Source of the DNA: Candidatus Omnitrophota bacterium
GTDB lineage: Bacteria > Omnitrophota > Gorgyraeia > Gygaellales > Profunditerraquicolaceae
DNA length: 64,000 bases
NCBI GenBank assembly: GCA_050012075.1
Contig: JBEKHW010000002.1
Location: forward strand, 47,518 to 111,517
Direction of reading: 5' to 3'
Position 1 is the stretch's first letter, and each line of letters opens with the position of its first letter. The translations under genes and the position numbers were made by a program. Under the pieces are notes generated by a model that did not search any database, had not been told where the DNA came from, and was given only the letters and a program-made list of their open reading frames with translations. Positions 28,706 to 39,389 of this stretch are shown piece after piece.

Positions 28706-29569
28706 ATGAAAGGTATAATTTTGGCAGGAGGAAAGGCGTCCCGGTTGTATCCTATCACGCGCGGGGTCTGTAAACAGATGCTGCCTGTATATGACAAACC
28801 GATGATTTATTATCCGTTATCCGTGCTTATGTTGGCAGGAATCCGGCAAATATTGATTATTTCTACCCCCAAGGATACGCCACGTTTTAGAGATGCTTTA
28901 GGTAGCGGCAATGATTTAGGGATAAAATTGAGCTATGCTGTGCAGGCAAGCCCCAAGGGTATTGCCCAAAGCCTGGTTATCGCCGAGAAATTTATCGGTA
29001 ATGACAGCGTTTGTCTTATCTTGGGAGATAATATATTTTATGGAGATAGGCTTGCGCAAATAGTCCAGGAGGCCGCAGTCCTTAAGCAAGGTGCTACTGT
29101 ATTCGGTTATTATGTAAAAAACCCTTCGCAATACGGCGTGATACAGTTTGATAAATACTGTAAGGTCATTTCCCTGGAAGAAAAGCCCCGTAATCCCAAA
29201 TCTAACTGGGCAGTATGCGGTATTTATTTTTATGATAATAGGGCGCCTCTCCTTGCCAGGAAACTTAAACCCTCAAGAAGAGGGGAAATTGAGATTACCG
29301 ATTTAAATAAGGTGTATCTTAAACAGGGCAGATTGAATGTGAAATTGTTAGGCCGGGGGTTTGCATGGCTTGACGCTGGGACTTATGATTCTCTTATCGA
29401 CGCCTCCATATTCATCCGCACTATCGAAGAGAGGCAGGGTTTAAAGATAGGCTGCGTTGAGGAAATCGCATATCGTATGGGCTATATCACTAAAATGAAA
29501 TTACGCAGCCTTGCCGGGAAAATAAACACAAGCTACGGGAAATATCTAGAAGGAATACTGAATGAGTAA
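28706..29569 (+). CDS. rfbA: glucose-1-phosphate thymidylyltransferase
   Basis: MKGIILAGGKASRLYPIT. Confidence 0.9.
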   Translation: MKGIILAGGKASRLYPITRGVCKQMLPVYDKPMIYYPLSVLMLAGIRQILIISTPKDTPRFRDALGSGNDLGIKLSYAVQASPKGIAQSLVIAEKFIGNDSVCLILGDNIFYGDRLAQIVQEAAVLKQGATVFGYYVKNPSQYGVIQFDKYCKVISLEEKPRNPKSNWAVCGIYFYDNRAPLLARKLKPSRRGEIEITDLNKVYLKQGRLNVKLLGRGFAWLDAGTYDSLIDASIFIRTIEERQGLKIGCVEEIAYRMGYITKMKLRSLAGKINTSYGKYLEGILNE

Positions 29570-30386
29570 GAGCAGGATTCTTGTCTTGGGCAGGGGTTAC
29601 CTTGGAGAGAAAGTGGCGCGGGAGCTGGGGGCTTCTATTACAGGCAGGCATATTTCTTCTTATGCTGGCGCCGAGAGCGAAATAAAAAAGTTTAGGCCAA
29701 AAGTTATAATAAACTGCATAGGGGTAACTGGCAGAAGAAACGTTGACGATTGCGAGCTAAAGAAGGATAAGGCCCTGGTAGCCAATTCTTTTCTGCCTTT
29801 AATCCTGGCAGAAGTTGCTTTACGCAATAAAATGCGTCTTGTGCATATAAGCAGCGGTTGTATTTTTCATTACGATTACAGTAAAGATTCACCCATTACG
29901 GAAGAAGACGAACCCGATTTCTTCGGACTCTTTTATTCCCGGACAAAAATTTATTCTGAAGCACCCCTTAAGATGCTTTCCGGTAAATACCCTATCCTTA
30001 TTGTCAGGCTCAGGATTCCTTTGGATAATAAACCTCATCCAAGGAACCTCCTTACGAAACTGATAAAATACAAAAAGGTGATTAACATACCGAATTCTGT
30101 TACTTACCTGCCTGATTTTATCAAGGCGTTAAAGCACCTTATCCGGATAAAAGCCTGCGGGATATACAATGTAGTAAATAAGGATGGGTTGTTTTATCCC
30201 GACCTCATGCGAGTATATAAAAAATACGTACCCGGTTTTGACTATAATGTCGTTTCCTTCCCAAAGTTAAATCTGGTAAGGACTAATCTGATACTTTCTA
30301 CGAGAAAGCTGGAAAAGAGCGGCTTCAAAGTAAGGCCGATAAAAGGGATTCTTGAGGAATGCGTAAGAGAATACGTAAAATATTAG
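29562..30386 (+). CDS. RmlD-like sugar-nucleotide reductase (dTDP-4-dehydrorhamnose reductase family)
   Basis: Rossmann N-terminus ILVLGRGYLG and YSRTK (YxxxK). 274 aa. Sits between rmlA and rmlB. Confidence 0.5.
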   Translation: MSKSRILVLGRGYLGEKVARELGASITGRHISSYAGAESEIKKFRPKVIINCIGVTGRRNVDDCELKKDKALVANSFLPLILAEVALRNKMRLVHISSGCIFHYDYSKDSPITEEDEPDFFGLFYSRTKIYSEAPLKMLSGKYPILIVRLRIPLDNKPHPRNLLTKLIKYKKVINIPNSVTYLPDFIKALKHLIRIKACGIYNVVNKDGLFYPDLMRVYKKYVPGFDYNVVSFPKLNLVRTNLILSTRKLEKSGFKVRPIKGILEECVREYVKY

Positions 30387-31348
30387 TAACCGGAGGCGCC
30401 GGATTTATCGGCAGTGAATTTGTCAGGCAGGCAGTAAAAGGCGGCCTTGAGGTTACGGTTATCGATAAGCTTACTTATGCCGGTGATTTAAGGCGGCTTA
30501 AGGGGATACCTTTAAGATTTCATAAAGCCGATATCTGCGATAAGAAAGCGATAGAGCTGGTTATTAAACGCCGGAATCCGGATACAATAGTAAATTTTGC
30601 CGCTGAATCTCACGTTGACAGGAGTATTTTAAAGCCGCAGGATTTTATCGCTACAAACGTAACCGGAACGCAGGTTTTGCTGGATGCCGCTAAGAAGCAT
30701 GCCGTAGGGCTTTTTTGCCAGATTTCTACCGATGAAATTTACGGGGATATTAAAAAGGGAGAGTTTACGGAAAAGTCGCCTTTAAACCCAAGTTCTCCTT
30801 ACGCAGTTTCTAAGGCCGCGGCAGACCTTCTGGTTAGTTCTTATATCCGTACTTACGCCACGCCGGCAATTATTGTAAGACCGTCTAACAATTATGGCCC
30901 ATGGCAATATCCTGAGAAGCTCATTCCTCTAGCCATATTGAAAATATTGCGTAAAGAAAAGGTTCCTATTTATGCGCAGGGAAAAAATGTGCGCGAGTGG
31001 CTTTATGTAGAGGATTGCGTAAGAGGTATCCTCCAGATACTCCGGAAAGGAAAATCCGGTTCAGCTTATAATCTCGGCAGCGGTCAAGAAATGCAAAACA
31101 TAGAGGTAGTAAGATTACTCCTTAAGGAAATGAACGTAAGCCAGTCTTTGATTGAGTTTGTAAAAGACAGGCCCGGACATGATATAAGATACCGGCTTAA
31201 TTCCGATAAACTCCGTGATGAGATAGGATGGCGGCCAAAGGTAGAGTTTAAAGACGGCATTAAATACACAGTAAAGTGGGGCGTTCTGCATAAGGATTGG
31301 CTGTTAAGTAAGTGGTCTGGTATCAGCTGGCTTTACAGGAAAAGATGA
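30359..31348 (+). CDS. rfbB: dTDP-glucose 4,6-dehydratase
   Basis: ILVTGGAGFIGSEFVR and YAVSKAAADLLV (YxxxK). Confidence 0.9.
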   Translation: MRKRIRKILVTGGAGFIGSEFVRQAVKGGLEVTVIDKLTYAGDLRRLKGIPLRFHKADICDKKAIELVIKRRNPDTIVNFAAESHVDRSILKPQDFIATNVTGTQVLLDAAKKHAVGLFCQISTDEIYGDIKKGEFTEKSPLNPSSPYAVSKAAADLLVSSYIRTYATPAIIVRPSNNYGPWQYPEKLIPLAILKILRKEKVPIYAQGKNVREWLYVEDCVRGILQILRKGKSGSAYNLGSGQEMQNIEVVRLLLKEMNVSQSLIEFVKDRPGHDIRYRLNSDKLRDEIGWRPKVEFKDGIKYTVKWGVLHKDWLLSKWSGISWLYRKR

Positions 31349-31620
31349 TTTACAAAATTATAGGCTTAGTCGCAGCTACGCTTACCATGTTTTCATTTGT
31401 GCCGCAGATTATAAAGGTGATAAAGACAAAATCCGCGCATGATGTCAGTATAATTACACTCATCCAGCTTTCTCTGGGTGTAACCCTGTGGATTATCTAC
31501 GGACTGTATCTTAGGGATTTTATAATAGTGTTTGCCAATAGCGTGACACTCATCACGTTATTGATAATTTTGACGCTTTATCATAGATACGGAAGGAGAA
31601 AAAGCGCATTATGTCGGTAG
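31345..31620 (+). CDS. SemiSWEET / PQ-loop sugar transporter half-unit
   Basis: About 90 aa with 3 TM helices and the PQ motif ([12 protein letters not shown]). Start taken at the ATGA overlap with the rfbB stop. Confidence 0.55.
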   Translation: MIYKIIGLVAATLTMFSFVPQIIKVIKTKSAHDVSIITLIQLSLGVTLWIIYGLYLRDFIIVFANSVTLITLLIILTLYHRYGRRKSALCR

Positions 31621-32666
31621 TCCTCATAACCGGTTCATGCGGCCTTATTGGTTCGCAAACTGCGGGTTTTTTTGCCGAGAAAGGGTTTGACATAGCCGGA
31701 ATAGATAACGATATGCGAAAGTACTTTTTCGGTAAAGATGGCAGTATCGTCGGTAATAAAAAACGGCTGCTAAAAAAATATAAGAACTATAAACATTTTG
31801 ATGCCGATATAAGAGATGACGGCAGGATAGATAAGATATTCAGGAAATTTTCAAAAGATATACTTTTGATAGTGCATACCGCAGCTCAACCTTCCCATGA
31901 CTGGGCTGCAAGAGAGCCGAAGACGGATTTTAGCGTAAATGCCTGCGCTACTTTAATAATGCTTGAGGCGTTCAGGAAGCATTGCCCCAAGGCAGCATTT
32001 ATATTTACCTCGACGAACAAGGTGTACGGTGACCTGCCGAACACTCTGCCTCTGGTAGAACTGGAGAAACGCTATGAATTGCCGCAGGGCCACAGGTATT
32101 ATAGAGGCATAGATGAGTCAATGAGTGTTGATAACTGTTTGCACAGTCTTTTCGGCGCATCAAAACTGGCTGCCGATATCCTGGCTCAGGAATACGGAAG
32201 GTATTTTGGCCTCTCTACCGCCATCTTCCGGGGCGGCTGCCTTACAGGTCCGGCGCATTCCGGTGTCGAGCTTCATGGATTTCTTTCATATCTTGTAAAA
32301 TGCTGCGTTAGCGGGAAAATTTATAAAATATACGGCTACAAGGGCAAGCAGGTCAGGGATAATATCCATTCATATGACCTGGTGAATGCCTTTTATCATT
32401 TCTTTAAGGCGCCAAGGACCGGGGAAGTATACAATATAGGTGGCGGCAGATTCGCCAATGTTTCTATATTAGAGGCAATTGATATATGCCAAAGGATCTC
32501 CGGAAAAAAGTTCAGCTATGAATACACGGATAAAAACAGGGTAGGCGACCATATCTGGTGGATAAGCGATGTCTCCAAATTCAAATCGCATTATCCCCAG
32601 TGGCAGTATAAGTACGGTATCGAAGATACTATGCGCCAAATATACGATGCCCAAAATGAAGCCTAA
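31611..32666 (+). CDS. NAD-dependent epimerase/dehydratase (CDP-paratose 2-epimerase-like)
   Basis: [13 protein letters not shown]ossmann fold and [11 protein letters not shown] (YxxxK). About 350 aa with an extended N-terminal insertion, as in CDP-tyvelose/paratose epimerases. Confidence 0.6.
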   Translation: MSVVLITGSCGLIGSQTAGFFAEKGFDIAGIDNDMRKYFFGKDGSIVGNKKRLLKKYKNYKHFDADIRDDGRIDKIFRKFSKDILLIVHTAAQPSHDWAAREPKTDFSVNACATLIMLEAFRKHCPKAAFIFTSTNKVYGDLPNTLPLVELEKRYELPQGHRYYRGIDESMSVDNCLHSLFGASKLAADILAQEYGRYFGLSTAIFRGGCLTGPAHSGVELHGFLSYLVKCCVSGKIYKIYGYKGKQVRDNIHSYDLVNAFYHFFKAPRTGEVYNIGGGRFANVSILEAIDICQRISGKKFSYEYTDKNRVGDHIWWISDVSKFKSHYPQWQYKYGIEDTMRQIYDAQNEA

Positions 32667-34482
32667 TTACATATTAGGAATATCGGCTTTTTACCATGAT
32701 AGCGCAGCCGCGTTGATTAAGGATGGAGAAATAATGGCTGCTGTCCAGGAAGAACGCTTTAGCCGCAGGAAACATGATCCAGGGTTTCCTGTTAATGCGG
32801 TAAACTGGTGCCTGAAAGAAAACGCCATTACCGCGCAGGACCTTGATTACGTAGTATTCTACGATAAACCCTTCATAAAATTAGAAAGAATATTGGAAAC
32901 CGCTATGCGTTTTGCCCCTTCAGGAATAACCCAATTCATGCAATCAGTGCCTGTATGGTTAAAGGAGAAAATATGGGTCAGGGATATCATCTCAAAGAGT
33001 TTAGGTTACAAAGGAGAGATTCTTTTCTGTGAGCATCATGAATCTCATGCGGCCTCGGCATTTTATCCTTCTCCTTTTGAAGAGGCGGCGTTTTTGACTA
33101 TAGACGGCGTGGGGGAATGGGATACAGCCAGTTTTGGAATAGGTAAAGGCAGGGAACTCAAAATCCAGCATTCTTTGAGATTCCCGCACTCTCTTGGCCT
33201 GCTTTATTCAGCGTTCACATATTATACCGGTTTCAAAGTGAATTCCGGGGAATATAAATTAATGGGGCTTGCGCCATTTGGTGAGCCGGTTTATAAGGAT
33301 TTGATACTGAACGAACTGTTGGATTTAAAAGAAGATGGTTCTTTCCGGCTGAATATGAAATATTTTGGATTCTGCAATGGCCTCAGGATGACAAATCTGC
33401 GGTTTGATAAACTTTTTGGCACAAAGCCTAGAAAGCCGGAAACAAAAATCAGGCAGATAGATATGGATTTGGCCAGCTCTATCCAGCAGGTAACCGAAGA
33501 GATAATGTTACGGATCGCCCGCCATGTATATAAAGTTACCGGAAAAAACAAACTTTGTTTAGCAGGCGGCGTAGCCTTAAACTGTGTCGCAAACGGCAGG
33601 ATTTTACGCGAAGGGCCGTTTGAGGATATCTGGATACAGCCTGCCAGCGGAGATGCGGGAGGGGCATTGGGCGCGGCCCTGGCAATATGGCACAGGTATC
33701 TTGGCAAGGAGAGAAAGATTGCTTCAGCCGGGGATTCATTAAAAGGTTCATTTCTTGGCCCGGCGTTCACCGATGACGAGATAGAGGAATTCCTGAAAAA
33801 AGAGAAGGTTCCTTATGAACATATTGAAAGAGAAAGGCTGGTGGATTCTACTGCGGAGTTGATTGAAAAGCAGCATGTAATCGGCTGGTTTCAGGGCCGC
33901 ATGGAATTCGGCCCGCGCGCATTGGGGGCCCGTAGTATCATAGGAGATGCCAGGAACCCGAAAATGCAATCCAGGATGAACCTTAAGATTAAATTCCGGG
34001 AATCCTTTCGGCCTTTTGCCCCGACTGTTTTAAGAGAGCATACCTCAGAGTGGTTTGCGTTAGATAGAGCAAGCCCCTATATGCTGCTTACTGCCCCGGT
34101 GAAAAAAGAAAAAAGGCTGGAAGAGCAAAAAGAGAAAGAGGGGCCCAGAGGCCTGGATAAGTTAAAGATTTTCCGTTCGCCTATACCAGCAGTTACCCAT
34201 GTAGATTATTCCGCAAGGATACAGACCATAGAGCGCCGGGATAACGGGATTTACTATGATCTGGTCAGCGCTTTTTATAGAAGGACCGGCTGCCCCGTAA
34301 TTATTAATACTTCTTTTAATATACGAGGGGAGCCGATTGTCTGTACCCCGGAAGAGGCGTTCCGTTGTTTTATGCGTACGGATATGGATTATTTGGTTAT
34401 AGGCTCATTCCTGCTTGATAAAAGTAAGCAGAGGCTTTTAAATGAGAAAATCAGGCCGCTGGAATACCAGGAGCTGGATTGA
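32647..34482 (+). CDS. carbamoyltransferase (NodU/CmcH family)
   Basis: [21 protein letters not shown]ae1/YgjD-like N-terminal domain plus a C-terminal carbamoyltransferase domain. Start chosen at an internal ATG overlapping the upstream stop. Confidence 0.8.
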   Translation: MPKMKPNYILGISAFYHDSAAALIKDGEIMAAVQEERFSRRKHDPGFPVNAVNWCLKENAITAQDLDYVVFYDKPFIKLERILETAMRFAPSGITQFMQSVPVWLKEKIWVRDIISKSLGYKGEILFCEHHESHAASAFYPSPFEEAAFLTIDGVGEWDTASFGIGKGRELKIQHSLRFPHSLGLLYSAFTYYTGFKVNSGEYKLMGLAPFGEPVYKDLILNELLDLKEDGSFRLNMKYFGFCNGLRMTNLRFDKLFGTKPRKPETKIRQIDMDLASSIQQVTEEIMLRIARHVYKVTGKNKLCLAGGVALNCVANGRILREGPFEDIWIQPASGDAGGALGAALAIWHRYLGKERKIASAGDSLKGSFLGPAFTDDEIEEFLKKEKVPYEHIERERLVDSTAELIEKQHVIGWFQGRMEFGPRALGARSIIGDARNPKMQSRMNLKIKFRESFRPFAPTVLREHTSEWFALDRASPYMLLTAPVKKEKRLEEQKEKEGPRGLDKLKIFRSPIPAVTHVDYSARIQTIERRDNGIYYDLVSAFYRRTGCPVIINTSFNIRGEPIVCTPEEAFRCFMRTDMDYLVIGSFLLDKSKQRLLNEKIRPLEYQELD

Positions 34483-34703
34483 TGGAGAAGGGCAAGCTCT
34501 TTAAATTCCTTCCCGATCTTATAGCCAGGATATTAAGCTTTATTGTGCTGACGCTGACTTTTTATCTGATAATTACGCCGCTAGGCATATTTCGCAGGTT
34601 GATACAGGGAGATTTCTTTGGAACGGGTATGGGCGCTTTACAGAGTTATTGGGTAGAAAAAAAAGAAGAATCTTCCATAGGTAGATACCATCGACAGTTT
34701 TAG
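34482..34703 (+). CDS. small 2-TM membrane protein downstream of carbamoyltransferase (possibly SxtJ-like)
   Basis: TGATG overlap with the carbamoyltransferase stop. Hydrophobic helices LIARILSFIVLTLTFYLIITPLGIF. The family assignment rests on recalled gene-neighbourhood patterns only. Confidence 0.35.
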   Translation: MEKGKLFKFLPDLIARILSFIVLTLTFYLIITPLGIFRRLIQGDFFGTGMGALQSYWVEKKEESSIGRYHRQF

Positions 34704-34715
34704 GCAGGAGGGTGA

Positions 34716-34874
34716 ATGGGCAAAATTTATCTGCTGAAGGAATTATGGGATTTTATGAAAATCAGAAAAAGATACTGGCTATTGCCGATTATTATTATTC
34801 TGACAATCTTTTCCATATTGATAATTTTTACCCAATCATCGGCAGTTGCGCCTTTTATATATACCCTATTCTAA
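34716..34874 (+). CDS. DUF5989-like small membrane protein (SxtK-like), absent from the ORF track
   Basis: 52 aa: MGKIYLLKELWDFMKIRKRYWLLPIIIILTIFSILIIFTQSSAVAPFIYTLF. GGAGGG RBS 5 nt upstream. The C-terminal ...SAVAPFIYTLF matches the recalled consensus of small proteins found downstream of carbamoyltransferases. Confidence 0.55.
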   Translation: MGKIYLLKELWDFMKIRKRYWLLPIIIILTIFSILIIFTQSSAVAPFIYTLF

Positions 34875-34875
34875 A

Positions 34876-36141
34876 ATGCCAAATAAATCTGAAATTATTT
34901 CTGGATTCTGTGACAGGATTGTTTATTGCGCGATAATCCTGCTTCCTTTTGTGGCGAGTTTTTCCTCTGCCGGGGTGGACGCCATGATCGGCATATCGGG
35001 ATTTTTCTTTTTGCTTAAAAAAATATTAAGGAAAGACCATTCTCCGGTAAATATCCCCATCTTAGGCGCTTTCATATGCTTAATAGTAATTTCCCTTGTC
35101 TCATTCTTTAATACCATAAATTTGAAATCAAGCATACATGGTATAGAGAAGCTGTTGAAGTATGGTATTTTATTTGTAACAGTGGCTGATTCGCTAAAAG
35201 ACAAAAAGCATCTCAAATGGATTTTGTTTGCTTTGATTTCAGGATTGGTTATGGCTTCCCTGGACGGTTTTTATTCGATGGTATTCGGAAAGGACCTATT
35301 CAGGCAGATGCCGCCTAATTATGTAATAGGGTTGATTCGTATCAGGGCCGCTTTTCCCGATGCCAATCTATTTGCAGGATACCTGGCTTTATTTTCTCCG
35401 GTATTGTTAGGAATTACACTTTATCATGTCAAGGGCCGCTTAAAAGGCATTATGCTTCTGGTTTCAGTCCTGGTTCTGGTCAACCTTATCTTTACCTTGT
35501 CGCGCAGTGCTATTTTCGGCGTATGGCTGGCCTTATTATTTATGGGGATACTGAAAAGGGATAAAGTAATTATTTTTTTGCTTATACTTTCGCTTTTAAT
35601 AACCCCTTTTATTATGCCGCGCCAGATTAAGGGATGGATAAACAGCTCGAATTCAATCTGGGAAGTTCTTTTAAATGGCGATAGTCAAAGCGCAGGGAGG
35701 TTGCCTCTTTTTAAGGTCGCGCTGGAAATGATTAAGTCCCATCCGTTTATCGGAGTAGGTGTCAATACCTTCAGCATTAACTTTAAAATCTATAAAGCCA
35801 TTGGTAAAATAGATTTTCCTTATCCAGGGGACTGGTATGCCCATAATATCTACCTGCACCTGCCTGCTGAAATTGGACTCGTTGGCCTTGCGATATTTTT
35901 ATATATGTTATTCCTGATTTTTAAGACATGGGTAAAGTTTAACCGAGAGACGCAAGACGCTTTCCTGAAAATTTCAGGCATGGGTATCATTGCCGGGATA
36001 ATCGCTTTTCTTGTTAATGGCTTAACCGAAACAAACCTTTATAATCCAAAAGTCGCCACCTTATTATTTTTTATGATCGGTTTATTCTTCGGTGTGAATA
36101 AAATCGCCAAGGGGGTAGTTTATGAAAAAAAACAAAACTAA
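34876..36141 (+). CDS. O-antigen ligase / O-antigen polymerase-like membrane protein (Wzy_C family)
   Basis: Polytopic protein with TLSRSAIFGVWLALL and a large periplasmic loop. Start chosen at the ATG 2 nt after the small ORF's stop. Confidence 0.55.
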   Translation: MPNKSEIISGFCDRIVYCAIILLPFVASFSSAGVDAMIGISGFFFLLKKILRKDHSPVNIPILGAFICLIVISLVSFFNTINLKSSIHGIEKLLKYGILFVTVADSLKDKKHLKWILFALISGLVMASLDGFYSMVFGKDLFRQMPPNYVIGLIRIRAAFPDANLFAGYLALFSPVLLGITLYHVKGRLKGIMLLVSVLVLVNLIFTLSRSAIFGVWLALLFMGILKRDKVIIFLLILSLLITPFIMPRQIKGWINSSNSIWEVLLNGDSQSAGRLPLFKVALEMIKSHPFIGVGVNTFSINFKIYKAIGKIDFPYPGDWYAHNIYLHLPAEIGLVGLAIFLYMLFLIFKTWVKFNRETQDAFLKISGMGIIAGIIAFLVNGLTETNLYNPKVATLLFFMIGLFFGVNKIAKGVVYEKKQN

Positions 36142-36907
36142 AGTTGTGATTCTTTGTGGAGGCAGGGGAACGCGTATTAGCGAAGAAACAGAGGTAATGC
36201 CTAAACCCATGATTCAGATAGGTGGCAAGCCCATCCTCTGGCATGTTATGAGGACTTATTCGCATTTCGGTTTTAACGATTTTATTATCTGTCTCGGTTA
36301 CAAGGGGTACGCGATTAAGGAATATTTCGCGAATTATTTCCTGCATTCTGCCGACGTTACGCTTGATTTAAGCACTAACAGCATGAAAGTCATCGGTTCA
36401 AAAGCCGAACCCTGGAGGGTGACGCTTATTGATACCGGACCCGATACACTGACTGGAGGAAGAATTAAAAGAGTAGAGGAATATATCGGTAAAAATACAT
36501 TTATGCTTACTTACGGTGACGGGGTGGGAAACATCAATATAAAAGAGTCGATGGACTTTCATAGGAAACACGGAAAATTAGCTACGATAACAGCCGTTCA
36601 GTTAGAAGGGAGATTCGGCGCCATTGAGATTAAAGGGCAAAATACGGTGGCTTCTTTCTGGGAGAAGCCCAAAGGTGATGGCGCCTGGATTAATGGCGGT
36701 TTCTTTGTCCTTGAGCCGGGTATCTTTGGTTACATTAAAGGCGATTGCACGTGGGAAAAAAAACCTTTGCAGAACTTGGGCAAAGACGGCCAACTCAAGG
36801 CGTTTAAACATAACGGATTCTGGAAATGCATGGATACATTACGGGATAAAATAGAATTGGAGCGGTTATGGGAGAGCGGGAAGGCGCCCTGGAAGCTAGA
36901 ACGGTAA
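36122..36907 (+). CDS. rfbF: glucose-1-phosphate cytidylyltransferase
   Basis: VVILCGGRGTRISEETEVMPKPMIQIGGKPILWHVM. Confidence 0.85.
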   Translation: MKKNKTKVVILCGGRGTRISEETEVMPKPMIQIGGKPILWHVMRTYSHFGFNDFIICLGYKGYAIKEYFANYFLHSADVTLDLSTNSMKVIGSKAEPWRVTLIDTGPDTLTGGRIKRVEEYIGKNTFMLTYGDGVGNINIKESMDFHRKHGKLATITAVQLEGRFGAIEIKGQNTVASFWEKPKGDGAWINGGFFVLEPGIFGYIKGDCTWEKKPLQNLGKDGQLKAFKHNGFWKCMDTLRDKIELERLWESGKAPWKLER

Positions 36908-38394
36908 ATCCTCTTTTTATTGCCGTCGTTCTGGGTATATCGGTTATTTTGGCTATTTTTATTTTACAGTATGGTAACATGCATGCTGATAGAAGATTAG
37001 CCGTCTCCGGCATAATAGTGAATGTTGCCTGGCAAATGCATTTGGGTTACAGGCCTTACCATGATTTTCTCACTAGTATTCCGCCGCTTTTTATAATGGG
37101 TTGTAAATATGCTTTTGATTTATGGGGGGTACGCTGGAATTCCTTGACTATTCTTACTCTCATATTTGCAGAAATTACATATCTCTCGCATGTGGCAATA
37201 CTCTATAAAATGAGGATTGGGAATTGGTGGAGCATTTTTCTGCCATTTACAGTACAATCCTTGACACTGCTTCTTTTTCCACGGTGGTGGTTTAACCAGA
37301 TTACTTCTGTTATAGGATGTCTTTTTATTTCCGCTTCACTATTATTATATAAGAAGCCTAAAGAAAATTTCAGTCAACTGGTTTTTTTGTTTATAGCCGC
37401 TTTTTTGTTGCTTACGAAACCGAATGTCATGATACCACTGGTGTTATTTACATTCCTGGTTTTTATAAGCATCCCGGGTTTCCGTCTTCTAATAGTCAAG
37501 CTGCTGGTTTCCGCGGCTCTTTTGGCCACACTTTTATTGCTATCGGCAAAAATTAATCCCTTTGAAGTTTTCTCAAGTTATATATCAGCTTCTGCTCCGG
37601 CCTCATTTAGATTACTTAAGCATCTTTTCTACTTTTTCCCTTTCGTAAATCATTCCTGGGAGCAGATTTTTATACTTTTTATCTTTTTTGTTCCTTGTCT
37701 TTTTGGCCTGGGGATCATTTTAGATTACGTTTTTAAGGCAGGTAAGAGTGCTATACCATATTTTGTATTGGCACTAGGAGGTGTAATAAGCGGTTTTGTC
37801 AGCATACTTACAAATCACGAGATCTTTCTTAATGGCATAGCAATAATTTTATTCAGTTTCGTTATTCCAATATTGCTCTTAAGGCCATATATGCCTGTGG
37901 GCCGGGATAGAATGCTAGTTTCTTATTTTTTGATGTTGAGCTTATTTCTCTTTACGGCAGATGGATTAATATCGATGAGGAGAAGATTAGAGTTAAAGCC
38001 TTCCTTAGTCCGGTTAGATTACCCTTTATTTTTTAAAGGCACGTATGCAACTCCCAGGTTAACCAGAATCCTGAAGCAGGTTGATGACGTGATTAAAAAG
38101 GAAGGATATGCCGGCCAATCAAATGCGAGTGTCTTCTTTGGATGGAATCTTGATTTCGCTTATGCGGTCTATGGAATACACCCTGCCATGAGGATGCCTC
38201 TATGGTGGGAGCCACAATTTAACACAAAGGAAATGATCCTGAGGTTTGAGAAGGAGCGTTTCAAAACAGCTGTTTTTTTTCGCGGAGAATACACTTATTT
38301 TCCTAAAGAATTAAAAGATTATTTGAATAAGGAATACGTGGTTTCTGATTATGGAGAGCTAACCGTGCATGAGTTGCGGCAGCAAAGTGATTAG
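36868..38394 (+). CDS. polytopic membrane protein of unknown function
   Basis: 508 aa with more than 10 TM helices. Start uncertain, as it overlaps the rfbF 3' end. Confidence 0.4.
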   Translation: MGEREGALEARTVNPLFIAVVLGISVILAIFILQYGNMHADRRLAVSGIIVNVAWQMHLGYRPYHDFLTSIPPLFIMGCKYAFDLWGVRWNSLTILTLIFAEITYLSHVAILYKMRIGNWWSIFLPFTVQSLTLLLFPRWWFNQITSVIGCLFISASLLLYKKPKENFSQLVFLFIAAFLLLTKPNVMIPLVLFTFLVFISIPGFRLLIVKLLVSAALLATLLLLSAKINPFEVFSSYISASAPASFRLLKHLFYFFPFVNHSWEQIFILFIFFVPCLFGLGIILDYVFKAGKSAIPYFVLALGGVISGFVSILTNHEIFLNGIAIILFSFVIPILLLRPYMPVGRDRMLVSYFLMLSLFLFTADGLISMRRRLELKPSLVRLDYPLFFKGTYATPRLTRILKQVDDVIKKEGYAGQSNASVFFGWNLDFAYAVYGIHPAMRMPLWWEPQFNTKEMILRFEKERFKTAVFFRGEYTYFPKELKDYLNKEYVVSDYGELTVHELRQQSD

Positions 38395-38408
38395 GGTGAG
38401 GTGAAGAT

Positions 38409-39389
38409 ATGGATAAGAATTTCTGGAAGGATAAAAAAATCCTGATAACCGGTTTTGAAGGATTCCTCGGGTCGAATCTGTCCAAGGCCTTACTTAAAAC
38501 AAAGGCAAAGGTGGTTGGCCTTGACATAAAAGTTTTGCGCAAGGAGACTTTATTTAATCAGGAAGATTACAGGAATATAACCGTATATAAAGGCAGCGTT
38601 ACCAATTACGGGCTTATTGAAAAAATCCTGCGTAAGCATTCTATAGACGTGGTTTTTCATCTGGCAGCAGAAGCTATTGTCGGCCGCAGCCACGGGGATC
38701 CCGTACGCGCTTTCCATGCCAATATCACTGGCACTTGGAGTGTTTTGGAGGCCTGCCGGAAGCAGGGGAGAATAGAGGCGGTTATTGTTGCTTCAAGCGA
38801 TAAGGCATATGGCGAACACGATAAGCTGCCTTATAAAGAAGGCTATCCTTTAGCCGCAAACCATCCTTACGATGTTTCAAAAAGCTGCGCTGATTTAATT
38901 GCCAATACCTATGCGCATACGTATGGCCTGCCGGTAGTTATTACGCGCTGTGGTAACATTTACGGCCCTGGCGATTTCAATTTTAGCCGCCTTATTCCTG
39001 ATATGATGAGGTGCCTTTTTAGGGACAAGACACTGCTCATCCGTAGCGACGGAAAATTTGTGCGTGATTATGTATATGTAGATGATATAGTAGAGGGATA
39101 TCTAAAGGCCGCAGAGCTTTTAAAAGCGCGCAATCTTGCGGGAGAGGCCTTTAACTTAAGCTATGAGAGGCCGATTACAGTGCTTGAGCTCTTGGCTAAG
39201 CTCGATACTTTGAAGGCTGTAACCAGGAAACCTAAGTATAAAATATTAAATCTGGCAAAATACGAGATAAGAAAACAATCCCTATTTTCCGGGAAGGCAA
39301 GGCGCATCCTGAAGTGGAAACCAAAATATAACCTAGAAGATGGCCTGAAGAAGACTCTGGCGTGGTATTTTAATTATTTTTCCAAATGA
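38409..39389 (+). CDS. rfbG: CDP-glucose 4,6-dehydratase
   Basis: MDKNFWKDKKILITGFEGFLGSNLS matches the RfbG N-terminus (NFW...TG..GF.GS). YDVSKSCADL (YxxxK). Confidence 0.75.
   Translation: MDKNFWKDKKILITGFEGFLGSNLSKALLKTKAKVVGLDIKVLRKETLFNQEDYRNITVYKGSVTNYGLIEKILRKHSIDVVFHLAAEAIVGRSHGDPVRAFHANITGTWSVLEACRKQGRIEAVIVASSDKAYGEHDKLPYKEGYPLAANHPYDVSKSCADLIANTYAHTYGLPVVITRCGNIYGPGDFNFSRLIPDMMRCLFRDKTLLIRSDGKFVRDYVYVDDIVEGYLKAAELLKARNLAGEAFNLSYERPITVLELLAKLDTLKAVTRKPKYKILNLAKYEIRKQSLFSGKARRILKWKPKYNLEDGLKKTLAWYFNYFSK

Noticed and set aside
34712-34936. 74-aa ORF from the six-frame track (MNGQNLSAEG...)
   Set aside because: It overlaps a much better candidate in another frame, the 52-aa DUF5989-like ORF at 34716-34874, which has a strong RBS and a conserved C-terminus. 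It also overlaps the start of the downstream O-antigen-ligase-like gene. It has no RBS and odd composition.
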